NCBI GenBank assembly: GCA_038231435.1
Contig: JBBRLJ010000021.1
Span: 1 to 64,000, forward strand
Length of the DNA: 64,000 nucleotides
Reading direction: 5' to 3'
From: Planctomycetota bacterium
GTDB lineage: Bacteria; Planctomycetota; UBA11346
This document shows positions 20,348 through 29,811 of this stretch, piece after piece. The notes under the pieces were generated by a model. The model did not search any database, was not told where the DNA came from, and saw only the letters and a program-made list of their open reading frames with translations. Made by a program: the position numbers and the translations under genes. Each line of letters starts with the position of its first letter. The stretch's first letter is position 1.

Positions 20348-21817
20348 TCAACGCCCCGCTGGAGTCTTGGCGGCCTTGTCGAGCTCCGCGTCCGCTTCCT
20401 TGGCCTTCTGCGCGGCTTCCTTCATCTTCTTGCGATCCTCGTCGGCCTTGTCCTTGTCCTTGTGCCCCTGGTCGATCATCGGATCCCAGTCGGCCTCCTT
20501 CTTCAGCTCGCTGGCGAGCCGCGAATCCTTCTCGATCGCGTCGACCAGGTACGGATCGAGCTTGAGCGCGAATTTCAGCAGGCGCATGGCTACGCCGTGG
20601 CTCTTGAACAACTCGGCAGCCTGCTTCATGGCGTCGCGCGCGTGTACCTTCTTGGCGATCTCCTGCTCCATCAGGGTGATGGCGAGGTCGAGCGTGTAAT
20701 CGCGCGACGAGGCGAGATCGAGCGAATTGGCGGTGATCGCGTAGGCGAGCAGCTTGTGCTGCTGGGTGAAATCGAGGACCACCTTGTCCTCGTACATGTT
20801 CGCCTGCAGTCCGGTCTGCTCGGCCTTGCCGTGGGTGTTCGCGGCGACCAGCGCCCGCACGCTGTACAGATCGGGATCGATGCCGCAGGCGGCCAGCTCC
20901 TTCTTCCGCTGCTTCACGTAGCTGGTGAATTCCTCGTCCTCGTTGGGCGTGCTCTTGTAGTTCTGGCGCGGCGGGATCATCAAGTCGTACTTGATGTTGC
21001 GCACCGCTTTGACGCCAAGCGTCTTGCCGTTGAACTCGTAGGTCATCAGCATGTTGTTGGCGGTGTCGACGAGCACGAAGATGTTGTTCTGCGCAGCGCC
21101 GACCCAGGCCTCGCTCTTGGGCGTCTCGGCGGGCGTGTCCGCGGTGGCCTCTTCGGCCTTCTTGGCCTCCTCCTCGAGGCGTGCCTTCTCGCGCGGGGGC
21201 AGCGAGCTGAACACCATCTGCGGAGTGGGGTTGCTCGGTCCGAACGCGACCGGGACCAGCAGCTGCGGGCCGTAGTTCATATACGCGATGGGGTCGCCCA
21301 TGCGTTCGGTCGTTTCGTAGAACAGCAGGGCGTGCTTGCTCGGGATGCACAGCATCGCGTACTGGCCGTTCCAGGCCGCGCGCACCACGCCGTCGTACTC
21401 GTGCTCCTTGGTCCAGTAGTTGTTCTCCGCTTCGCGCGCCCGCTCCTGCAGGCTTGGCAGCTTCTTCTCGAGCTCCTTGGCGGTGGGTTTGTTCGGCAGC
21501 GCGGCGAGGAACTCCTCGGCGCTCGGCTTGGAATTGGCGCTGCCGATGCGCAGCAGCGTGAAGGGCACGCCCTTGCGCTCCGCCTGGATATACTTGTCGA
21601 GGTACTCGAGCGTGCTCAGGAAGGGCACGCCGGTGGTGCGCTGGATGCCGGCGCTGGTGTTGACGTTATAGAAATTCATCGTCCCGACGTTCGGGCTGAT
21701 CTCGAGCACCAGGTCGTAGCTGACGCTGGGGTTGCCGGTCGGCCGGATGACCAGCGGGGTCTCCAGGGCGGGAGCGGCCGAGGCGATGGCGAGCAGCGTG
21801 GGGATCAGGGCCTTCAT
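20348..21817 (-). CDS. Secreted hypothetical protein with about four internal repeats
   Basis: Signal peptide MKALIPTLLAIASAAPA; RBS GGAG; coding-like GC3 bias. Confidence 0.75.
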   Translation of the reverse strand: MKALIPTLLAIASAAPALETPLVIRPTGNPSVSYDLVLEISPNVGTMNFYNVNTSAGIQRTTGVPFLSTLEYLDKYIQAERKGVPFTLLRIGSANSKPSAEEFLAALPNKPTAKELEKKLPSLQERAREAENNYWTKEHEYDGVVRAAWNGQYAMLCIPSKHALLFYETTERMGDPIAYMNYGPQLLVPVAFGPSNPTPQMVFSSLPPREKARLEEEAKKAEEATADTPAETPKSEAWVGAAQNNIFVLVDTANNMLMTYEFNGKTLGVKAVRNIKYDLMIPPRQNYKSTPNEDEEFTSYVKQRKKELAACGIDPDLYSVRALVAANTHGKAEQTGLQANMYEDKVVLDFTQQHKLLAYAITANSLDLASSRDYTLDLAITLMEQEIAKKVHARDAMKQAAELFKSHGVAMRLLKFALKLDPYLVDAIEKDSRLASELKKEADWDPMIDQGHKDKDKADEDRKKMKEAAQKAKEADAELDKAAKTPAGR

Positions 21818-21953
21818 GGCGCGACTCCAGGAGTGGCAGGCAGGGTAAAAAAGGAGACCGGCCCGCGGGGGTGGGCGCGGGCGATCCCGCGGCCCCAGGC
21901 CTCTTCAGTATGATACACCGGTGTCGACGGATCGTTGAGGGCCGGGATCGGCG

Positions 21954-23105
21954 TCACCGCTTCGGGTCGGGCGGAAGCACGAAGTCCTGGGTCTCGACGT
22001 GCGCCTGAACCCATTCGATGAACGTGGCGAACGGGCAGAGCATGCACGACAGGGTGAGCTCGGGCGTCATCGCCAGCACCGGGTAGTGGTCCTTCACCAT
22101 GATCGCCAGCCGTTCGCGCGTCTTCTTTCCCTGGAAGACATCGCGGTAGGTGGGGTGCTGGCTGGCGAGCGATACGCGCGCGTAGATCTCGTGGATCTGG
22201 ATGATCTTCGCCAGCAGCTGGCTGAGGCGGAATGCCTTCTGCGGCGCGGTCTGCCCCTGCATGAAGGGATAGAGATGCGCGGTCGACTCGAGCGCCTCGA
22301 GCCAATGCAGCACCGTCGGATGAGCCTCGATCTCCTTCGGATCGAGCTCGTCGCGCGACAGGAAGCGCAGGAACACGTCCTTGTAGAACTGGCTGCGGAT
22401 GCGGTCACGGATCAGCAGCGCGCGCGTCGCCTTGCGTTCTTCATCGGGCAGCGACTCGAGCGGCTCCTCGACGTCGCGCGGTAGCGGTGGCTCGCCGTTG
22501 GCTTCCTCCCAATGCGACGAGCCCTGCTCGGCGCGGCGGATGCGCTTGATGGTGCGCATGCAGCGGTCGGAGAAGGAGGGCGTGAACACCAGGCTCTCGC
22601 TCAGGCTCGGCGTGCCGAATTCGGGCGGGATCGGATTGATGAGCCTGCCGAGCATCGCGGCCGGGAGCTCGCGCAGATCGGCGAGGGTCGGCGAATCGCC
22701 TTGGCGCGCGACCACCAGCTTGCGCACCTTGCGGTAGACGCCGATCACGTGCAGTTGCAGGGTGGCGATCTCGACGCCCTTCTGCTCGCGCAGCAAGCAC
22801 AGCTCGTCGGCGAGGCCGCCGCGCATCGTCGAGTCCTTGTAATGATTGTCCGAGGCGAGCGTGGTGATGATCTCGTTGATGCGCGCGACCTCGGAATCGA
22901 GCTCGAGCTGCTCGAGCATCGACTTCAGCCGTTCGTTGTCGGCGGTGCCGGTGACCAGCTGCTCGGAGAGGCTGGACTCCATCTCCTCGATGATCTTGCG
23001 GTGGCGTTCGATCAGCAGCGGGCGGCGCGCCTCGGCGATGAACTCCATCGTCGTGAACTGCTCCTCGGGATCTCCCGCCGCCGCCGGTTCCATCTTAAGG
23101 GCCAT
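21954..23105 (-). CDS. Hypothetical helical cytoplasmic protein
   Basis: 383-aa ORF with protein-like composition, co-oriented with its neighbours. Confidence 0.75.
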   Translation of the reverse strand: MALKMEPAAAGDPEEQFTTMEFIAEARRPLLIERHRKIIEEMESSLSEQLVTGTADNERLKSMLEQLELDSEVARINEIITTLASDNHYKDSTMRGGLADELCLLREQKGVEIATLQLHVIGVYRKVRKLVVARQGDSPTLADLRELPAAMLGRLINPIPPEFGTPSLSESLVFTPSFSDRCMRTIKRIRRAEQGSSHWEEANGEPPLPRDVEEPLESLPDEERKATRALLIRDRIRSQFYKDVFLRFLSRDELDPKEIEAHPTVLHWLEALESTAHLYPFMQGQTAPQKAFRLSQLLAKIIQIHEIYARVSLASQHPTYRDVFQGKKTRERLAIMVKDHYPVLAMTPELTLSCMLCPFATFIEWVQAHVETQDFVLPPDPKR

Positions 23106-23200
23106 GCAGGGTATTTGCCTGGTGAGGTCGGGGTTGCCAGCGGGAATCGCGGGCGGAAGGGCATCGTGTGCAACGCAGGTGGAGGGAAGTCCACCGGGAA

Positions 23201-23602
23201 TCAGCGTCGGCCGGGCCGCCGGATCCCGCCGCGGGCGCGGCGCAGCGCCAGGGGCGGGTCGAGGATCTCGCGTAGCATCATCAGCTCGCGCAGGGTCGAC
23301 GGCTGCTGGAGCAGGCGGCGCAACCGCTCGGCGCCCGCCGCCTGCTGGCGCGGCCGCGGCGGCACCGTGCTCGGGGCTGTCTTGGCATGGTGCGCATGGT
23401 GCGCATGGGGTTGCGGCTCAGGCGACTCCTGCGGCTCGCGCTGGCGCCGCACCACGCGCGCCACCTGCCGCTCCTTCGCCGTCGCCATGGGCTCGGTCGA
23501 GCCCGGCGTCCATTCCGACGAGCTCTTGCGCTGGCGCTGTTGCGCGCGCGCCTCCTCGGCCGCCTCCTGCACGGTCTTGATCAGGTCGTCGAGAAATCCC
23601 AT
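23201..23602 (-). CDS. Hypothetical protein downstream of floA
   Basis: C-terminal LRELMMLREILDPPLALR resembles the YqfB-like tail motif found in floA operons. Confidence 0.65.
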   Translation of the reverse strand: MGFLDDLIKTVQEAAEEARAQQRQRKSSSEWTPGSTEPMATAKERQVARVVRRQREPQESPEPQPHAHHAHHAKTAPSTVPPRPRQQAAGAERLRRLLQQPSTLRELMMLREILDPPLALRRARGGIRRPGRR

Positions 23603-23664
23603 GGCTCGTTTCCTGTCCGTCTACCGTCGATGCGCCGTCACTGTGCCGCCAATGCGTCGTGGGT

Positions 23665-24756
23665 TCAGGTCTGGGGACCCTTGTCACCCGGCTTCTGGGT
23701 ACCTGGATTAGCGATCGAGTTGCGCATGTCGGTATCGCTCTGCAGGTTCTTGAGCGAGTAGTAATCCATGATGCCGAGATTGCCGCTGCGGAACGCCTCG
23801 GCGATGGCCAGCGGGATCTCGGCCTCGGCCTGCACCACCTTGGCGCGGTTCTCGGCGACCAGCGCCACCATCTCCTGCTCGCGCGCGACGGCCATGGCGC
23901 GGCGCTGCTCGGCCTCGGCCTGGGCGACCTTCTTGCGGGCCTCGGCCTGCTCGGTGTCGAGCCGCGCGCCGATATTCTCGCCCACCAGGATCTCGGCGAT
24001 GTCGATCGAGAGGATCTCGAACGCGGTGCCGGCGTCGAGCCCGCTGTCGAGCACGGTCTTCGAAATGCTCTTCGGATTCTCGAGCACCGCCATGTGGTTC
24101 GCAGCGGTGCCGATGGTGGTGACGATGCCCTGCCCGACGCGCGCGATGATGGTGTTCTCGGTCGCGCCGCCGACCAGGCGGTCGAGGTTGGTGCGCACGG
24201 TGACCTTCGCCTTCACGCGCAGCTGGATGCCATTGCCGGCGACGCCGTCGACGGTCTGCTGGCCGCTATCCTTACCGGGAACATCGATGACCTTGGGATT
24301 CACCGAGGTCTGCACCGCGTCGAGCACGTCGCGGCCGGCGAGGTCGATGGCGCAGGCGCGGTCGAAGCCGAGCGGGATGTTGGCCTTGTTGGCCGCGATC
24401 AGCGCGTTGACCACGCGCAGCACGTGTCCGCCGGCCATGTAGTGCGCCTCGAGCTTGTCGGTAGGGATGTCGATGCCGGCCTTCTTCGAGGTCACGCGCG
24501 CGGTGACGATGGTGGTCGGGTTGACCTTGCGGATACGCATGAAGACGATCGCCGGCAGGCTCACCGGCGCGTTCGAGGCCAGCGCCTGGATCCACAGCAC
24601 CAGCGCGCTGCCGATCAGGAACCAGAAGACCAGGAAGAGCACGCCGATCGCGATCGCGAGCGGGATCCATGGCAGGCTGCCGTCCCCGGCGGCCTCGGCT
24701 GCTGCTGCGGCGGTGGCCTGGGCTACATGCAGGGCGACGGTGACGGCTGGAATCAT
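23665..24756 (-). CDS. floA: Flotillin-like protein FloA (YqfA)
   Basis: [42 protein letters not shown] and GNLGIMDYY motifs. Confidence 0.93.
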   Translation of the reverse strand: MIPAVTVALHVAQATAAAAAEAAGDGSLPWIPLAIAIGVLFLVFWFLIGSALVLWIQALASNAPVSLPAIVFMRIRKVNPTTIVTARVTSKKAGIDIPTDKLEAHYMAGGHVLRVVNALIAANKANIPLGFDRACAIDLAGRDVLDAVQTSVNPKVIDVPGKDSGQQTVDGVAGNGIQLRVKAKVTVRTNLDRLVGGATENTIIARVGQGIVTTIGTAANHMAVLENPKSISKTVLDSGLDAGTAFEILSIDIAEILVGENIGARLDTEQAEARKKVAQAEAEQRRAMAVAREQEMVALVAENRAKVVQAEAEIPLAIAEAFRSGNLGIMDYYSLKNLQSDTDMRNSIANPGTQKPGDKGPQT

Positions 24757-24805
24757 GGGGTTCTCGATGGTCCGGAGGGAATGGAGAAGTCGCGGAGCGG
24801 AGGAC

Positions 24806-25345
24806 TCAGGCGGTGCGGACGGTGACGATGGGGCCTTCGATGCGCAGGACAACCACCCGTGTGCCGCGCGGCAGACCATTGCCCTCGACGGCGATGTCGA
24901 TCTCGCCGCCCGGGAAGCGCGCGCGCCCGGTGGGTAAGGCGTCGGTCACCAGCTCGCCGAGCGACCCCGGAACGACGCCGAGAGCATCGGTGTGGTGGCG
25001 GTAGCCCGCGTCCTCGGTGATCTCGACCTTGGGTACGGCCCGCGAGGCCTGCAGGCGGCGCAATCCCCAGGGCACGATGATCGCCGCGGCCAGCGGACAG
25101 GCCGCGACGAAGACCCAGCCATAGAGCGGCGACACCGCGAAGGCGAGCGCGCAGGCGGCATAGGCCGCTCCGCCGGCGGCGACGCTGAGCAGCCCCCAGC
25201 TGACCACGAAGAATTCGACCAGCAGCAGGCTCGCGGCGAGGAGCAGCAGGCCGAGCGCGATCAGCAGCTGCGCCCAGGGCTCGAGCCCGGCCGCGGCGCC
25301 CGCCGCGGGAGCGCCCAGCTCGACGGCGGCCCACGCGCCGCTCAT
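24806..25345 (-). CDS. Short NfeD-like protein (TM helices + C-terminal OB domain)
   Basis: TM helices then [15 protein letters not shown]...[11 protein letters not shown]; overlaps the upstream nfeD stop. Confidence 0.8.
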   Translation of the reverse strand: MSGAWAAVELGAPAAGAAAGLEPWAQLLIALGLLLLAASLLLVEFFVVSWGLLSVAAGGAAYAACALAFAVSPLYGWVFVAACPLAAAIIVPWGLRRLQASRAVPKVEITEDAGYRHHTDALGVVPGSLGELVTDALPTGRARFPGGEIDIAVEGNGLPRGTRVVVLRIEGPIVTVRTA

Positions 25346-26901
25346 GCCAGCGCTCTGGCGCCAGTTGCCGCGATCGCGCGCACCACGGCTCCGCCGTAGC
25401 GCATGCCCACCACCTCGACCTCGGAGCCGACCGGCAGGAACTCGCCATGCTCGGTGGTGGCGGTCAGGTCGCGGCCATCGACGGTGATCGAGCCGGACGG
25501 GCTGAGTGGCGTGCGCGCGAGCGCGCGCCGGCCGACCAGGCTGTTGGCGGACTCGGCCTCGGTGGCGCTGGTGCCCGAGATCTCGGCGGTGGCGGCCATG
25601 GCGCGCATCGCGCGGGACTTCGGGAAGGTGGCGATGATCACCACCGCGCCGACGGTGATAACGGCCATGGCCAGCACGCTCTGCTGGATGGCCGAGCCCA
25701 GATCGTGACCCCAGCCGTCGACGTCTGGATGGAACTGCTCGGCGTCGGGCATGAATGCCAGCACCAGCCCCGACATCGCCAGCACCACGCCCACCACCGC
25801 CAGCCAGCCCATGGTGGGGAAGATGAACAGCTCGACCACGATGCAGAGGATCCCGATCACGACCAGGATGGGCTCGAGGTAGCTCGAGAGCTCCTGGTAG
25901 AATTGGCAGACGAAGAACGCGGCGCCGAAGATCACCGCGAGGGCCGTCCAGATGCCGATGCCCTGGCTCTTGAATTCGAGGAACACGCACAGCGCGGCGA
26001 GCGAGGCCAGGATCGGCGCCAGCGCGGCGAGCTGCCAGCTGATCGTCTCGACCCGCGTCGGCGACAGGTCGAGCACCGCCGAGCGCTGCACGCCCAGGCG
26101 CTTGTACACGCCGTCGAGATCGTCGACCAGCGCCGTGGCCATGCCGTCTTCGACCGCTTCCCGCGCGGTGTAGCTGCGCAGGCGATCCTTGCCGAGGATG
26201 ACGATCTTGGCGCTCGGGTCGACGTCGGGGTGCTCGTTGAGCCATGCCGGGAGGTTGTCCTCGATGACGAACTCCTGCTTCCCGTGGACGTCGAAACGGT
26301 AGAGCTCCTGGTTGCGCGCGGTCATCTTCAGCAGCTTGGCCTCGTTCCAGCCCTTCGCCTGCGCCGCGCTGCGCAAGAGGGTGCGCACCACGGACTCCTG
26401 CTTCTCGGGGGCGTATTCCATCTTGCCGTCGGCGCCGATGAAGATCACGCCGATGTCGCCGATGGTGGCCCCTGGCGTGAGCAGGATCTCGTCGTGGCCG
26501 TAGGCGATCAGCGAGCCGGCCGAATAGCAGCGGTTGTCGACGAAGGCGATCATGCGCGGATGGCCCTTGGCCTCGAGCGCCAGCGCCATCATCTTGCGGC
26601 CGGCGTCGACGGTGCCGCCATCGGTGTTCAGATGCACGACCACCGTCTCGATGTCCGCGGCCTTCGCGTCGGCCAGGGCGCGGCGGAAGTAGCGCTCCTG
26701 GGTGGCGTCGATCGCGCTGTCGATCGGGATATAGGCGACCTTGCGAGCCTGGTCCTGTCCCGGGGACGGCGCGGATGCGGTCGCGCTCGGAGCGGCTTCG
26801 GCGGGAGCCGATGCCGGCGCCGGCTGGTCGCTCGCGCGGAGCGCGGACGACGCTGGATACCAACAGAGCAAGGCCATCGCGAGGATCGTGAGCACGCGCA
26901 T
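25342..26901 (-). CDS. Long NfeD-family membrane serine protease
   Basis: LNTDGGTV and CYSAGSLIA ClpP-like domain, TM bundle, TPLSPSG OB domain. Confidence 0.88.
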   Translation of the reverse strand: MRVLTILAMALLCWYPASSALRASDQPAPASAPAEAAPSATASAPSPGQDQARKVAYIPIDSAIDATQERYFRRALADAKAADIETVVVHLNTDGGTVDAGRKMMALALEAKGHPRMIAFVDNRCYSAGSLIAYGHDEILLTPGATIGDIGVIFIGADGKMEYAPEKQESVVRTLLRSAAQAKGWNEAKLLKMTARNQELYRFDVHGKQEFVIEDNLPAWLNEHPDVDPSAKIVILGKDRLRSYTAREAVEDGMATALVDDLDGVYKRLGVQRSAVLDLSPTRVETISWQLAALAPILASLAALCVFLEFKSQGIGIWTALAVIFGAAFFVCQFYQELSSYLEPILVVIGILCIVVELFIFPTMGWLAVVGVVLAMSGLVLAFMPDAEQFHPDVDGWGHDLGSAIQQSVLAMAVITVGAVVIIATFPKSRAMRAMAATAEISGTSATEAESANSLVGRRALARTPLSPSGSITVDGRDLTATTEHGEFLPVGSEVEVVGMRYGGAVVRAIAATGARALA

Positions 26902-27074
26902 GCCGCGATGCTAGCGGCGCGACCGCCGCAACAACAGCCTTCCTTCAGGATCGGCCCGTATTCCCCGCCGATGCTCCCCGCCGATGCTCCCCGCTGATCC
27001 TCCCGGCGGAGCGGTCGGTCGCGAGTCGGGCGCGACGCCGATTGTCCGCATGCGCCGGCCGCCATGCTGCGCGC

Positions 27075-27917
27075 ATGGCGAAGAACTTCCCGAAGCGAAA
27101 CTACGCGCCGCGGGTGAAATCCGCCGAGAGCGCCCCCGAGCCCGCCGCCGGTACGTCGTGGGAGCGCCAGGCTGGCTGGTACGATCAGCTGCAGGGCGAG
27201 GGCGGCGGAGATTTCTACAGCCGGCTGATCCTGCCCGCGGTACTGCGCCAGCTCGACGCCAGGCCGGGCCAGCGCGTGCTCGACATCTGTTGCGGCCAGG
27301 GCGTGGTGGGCCGCGCGCTGGCCGCGCACCAGGTCTCGAGCGTCGGCGTGGACGCGAGCCCGTCGCTGGTCGAGGCCGCGAAAGGCCGCGCCGGAGCGTT
27401 CGAACGCCATCTGGTCGGTGACTGCCGCGAACTCGGAGCCGCGCTCGCCGCCGGCGGCGTGAGCACCGCTTTCGACCACGCGACCCTGGTGATGGCGCTG
27501 CAGGATCTCGATCCGATCGCACCGGTGCTCGCGGGCGCGGCGGCGGCGATCAAGCCGGGTGGTCGCGTGGTGATGGCGATGACCCATCCCGGCTTCCGCA
27601 TCCCGCGCCGCTCCTCGTGGGGCTTCGACGACGACAACGGCATCCAGTACCGGCGCATCGACGGCTACATGTCGCCGACGGTGGTACCGATCAAGACCCA
27701 CCCGGGCCGGCCGGCGGACCCCAGCCGCACCACCAGCTTCCATCGTCCGCTCTCGGCCTACCTGTCCGCCTGCGGCGCCGCCGGGCTGGGCGTGGTCGCG
27801 GCCGAGGAGCTGTGCAGCCACCGGCGCGGCACCAAGGGCCCGCGTTTCGGGGCCGAGGATCGCGCCGCCAGGGAGTTTCCGCTGTTCATCGTGCTGGCGG
27901 CGCTGCGGATCGCCTAA
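27075..27917 (+). CDS. Class I SAM-dependent methyltransferase
   Basis: VLDICCGQG, GVDASP and KPGGRVV motifs. Confidence 0.88.
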   Translation: MAKNFPKRNYAPRVKSAESAPEPAAGTSWERQAGWYDQLQGEGGGDFYSRLILPAVLRQLDARPGQRVLDICCGQGVVGRALAAHQVSSVGVDASPSLVEAAKGRAGAFERHLVGDCRELGAALAAGGVSTAFDHATLVMALQDLDPIAPVLAGAAAAIKPGGRVVMAMTHPGFRIPRRSSWGFDDDNGIQYRRIDGYMSPTVVPIKTHPGRPADPSRTTSFHRPLSAYLSACGAAGLGVVAAEELCSHRRGTKGPRFGAEDRAAREFPLFIVLAALRIA

Positions 27918-28048
27918 CCGGGCGCGAGCCGCGGGTGGATCACATGGTGCGGGGAATCCGCGCTGTGGCCGCCTTCCTGTATAAGCATGCGCGGTCGTCG
28001 CTGACGCCGCCCTCCTGATCCAGATGCTTCGCCAGTGGAGATCCACCC

Positions 28049-29701
28049 ATGGCGAGCTCGCCGTATCTGAACACATCGGGCCGCCTGCAGCCGATCTGGC
28101 TGACCACCGCCGAGCTGCCGCGCTTCGGTCCGCTCGAGCGCGATCTCGACGTGGACGTGTGCGTGGTGGGCGCCGGCATCTCGGGTTTGACCACGGCCTA
28201 CCTGCTGGTGCAGGCCGGCAAGCGCGTCGCGGTGCTCGAGGACGGCGAGATCTGCAGCGGCGAGACCGGGCGCACCTCGGCGCATCTCTCGACCGCGCTT
28301 GACGACCGCTATTTCGAGATCGAGCACATCCACGGCGCCGAGGGCGCGCGCCTCGCCGCCGAGAGCCACGGCGCGGCCATCGACCTGATCGAGGACATCG
28401 TCAAGCGCGAGAAGATCGACTGCGAGTTCGAGCGCGTTGACGGCTTCCTGTTCATCCCGCCCGGCGAATCGCTCGACATCCTCGAGCGCGAGCTCGGCGC
28501 GACGCACCGCGCCGGCCTCAAGGACGTGCATTGGGTCACGCGCGCGCCGCTGGGCACCTTCGAGACCGGGCGGGCGTTGTGCTTCCCGCGCCAGGCGCAG
28601 TTCCATCCCATCAAGTACCTCGCGCGACTGGCGGAGCTGATCGTCGCGCGCGGCGGCCAGATCTTCTGCCGCACCCATGCCGACGACATCCACGGCGGGA
28701 CCCCGGCGCGCGTGCTGACCAAGCCGCATGGCTCGCATCCGGAACGCGTCGTCACCGCCGGCGCGGTGGTGGTCGCCACCAATTCCCCGGTCAATGACCG
28801 CGTGGTCATCCACACCAAGCAGGCCGCCTACCGCTCGTACGTCATCGGCGCGCGCATCCCGCAGGGATCGGTGCCGAAAGCGCTGCTCTGGGACACCCCC
28901 GACCCGTACCACTACGTGCGCGTCAAGAGCATGGGCGGTCCGGGCAGCGAGGCTGCGTACGACGTGCTGATCATCGGCGGCGAGGACCACAAGACCGGCC
29001 AGAAGGACGACGCCGAGACCCGCTACCGCATGCTCGAGATGTGGGCGATGGAGCGCTATCCGATGATCGAGCGCATCGAGTTCCGCTGGTCGGGCCAGAT
29101 CATGGAACCGGTCGACGCCCTGGCGTTCCTCGGGCACAATCCCTGGGACGACGAGAACGTCTACATCGCCACCGGCGATTCAGGCAACGGCCTCACCCAC
29201 GGCACCATCGGCGCGATGCTCAACGCCGATCTCATCCTCGGGCACGCCAACCGCTGGGCCAAGCTCTACGATCCGCGGCGCCGTTCGCTCAAAAGCGCCG
29301 GCGACTACGCGAAGGAGAACCTCAACGTCTTGCCGCAGTACGCCGACTGGATCCAGCCCGGCGAGGTCAAGGACGAGGGCCGCATCCCGCGCGGCGCGGG
29401 CATGGTGCTGCGCAAGGGCCTGACCAAGGTCGCGGTGTATTGCGACGATCACGGCACCTGTCACGAGTGCTCGGCGATCTGCCCACACCTCGGCTGCGTG
29501 GTCGCCTGGAACAGCAGCGAGAAGACCTGGGATTGCCCCTGCCATGGCTCGCGCTTCGACAAGGCCGGCAACGTGCTCAATGGTCCGGCGAACACCAACC
29601 TCGGGCCCCCGCCCGATGCGTCAGGCCGATTCCCGGTAGTGGCGAGCCAAGCGAAGCGCGAGGCGTCGCAGCCGCAACCGAGGACGACGAAGAAGGCGTG
29701 A
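28049..29701 (+). CDS. FAD-dependent oxidoreductase with C-terminal Rieske 2Fe-2S domain (YhfW-like)
   Basis: VVGAGISG; CPHLGC...WDCPCHGSRF. Confidence 0.92.
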   Translation: MASSPYLNTSGRLQPIWLTTAELPRFGPLERDLDVDVCVVGAGISGLTTAYLLVQAGKRVAVLEDGEICSGETGRTSAHLSTALDDRYFEIEHIHGAEGARLAAESHGAAIDLIEDIVKREKIDCEFERVDGFLFIPPGESLDILERELGATHRAGLKDVHWVTRAPLGTFETGRALCFPRQAQFHPIKYLARLAELIVARGGQIFCRTHADDIHGGTPARVLTKPHGSHPERVVTAGAVVVATNSPVNDRVVIHTKQAAYRSYVIGARIPQGSVPKALLWDTPDPYHYVRVKSMGGPGSEAAYDVLIIGGEDHKTGQKDDAETRYRMLEMWAMERYPMIERIEFRWSGQIMEPVDALAFLGHNPWDDENVYIATGDSGNGLTHGTIGAMLNADLILGHANRWAKLYDPRRRSLKSAGDYAKENLNVLPQYADWIQPGEVKDEGRIPRGAGMVLRKGLTKVAVYCDDHGTCHECSAICPHLGCVVAWNSSEKTWDCPCHGSRFDKAGNVLNGPANTNLGPPPDASGRFPVVASQAKREASQPQPRTTKKA

Positions 29702-29811
29702 GCGGGGCGGAGAGCGGAAAGCAGAAAGCTGACGGCTGACGGCGGAAAGCCGACTTGCCTTGTCAGTCCCCAGCTCCGGGTATAAGCGGCGAGAACCGCT
29801 CCGGAGAAGCC

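Noticed and set aside
27936..27951. GG-N10-GC site upstream of the Rieske oxidoreductase
   Set aside because: TGGATC is a poor -24 match and plausible by chance at this GC content.
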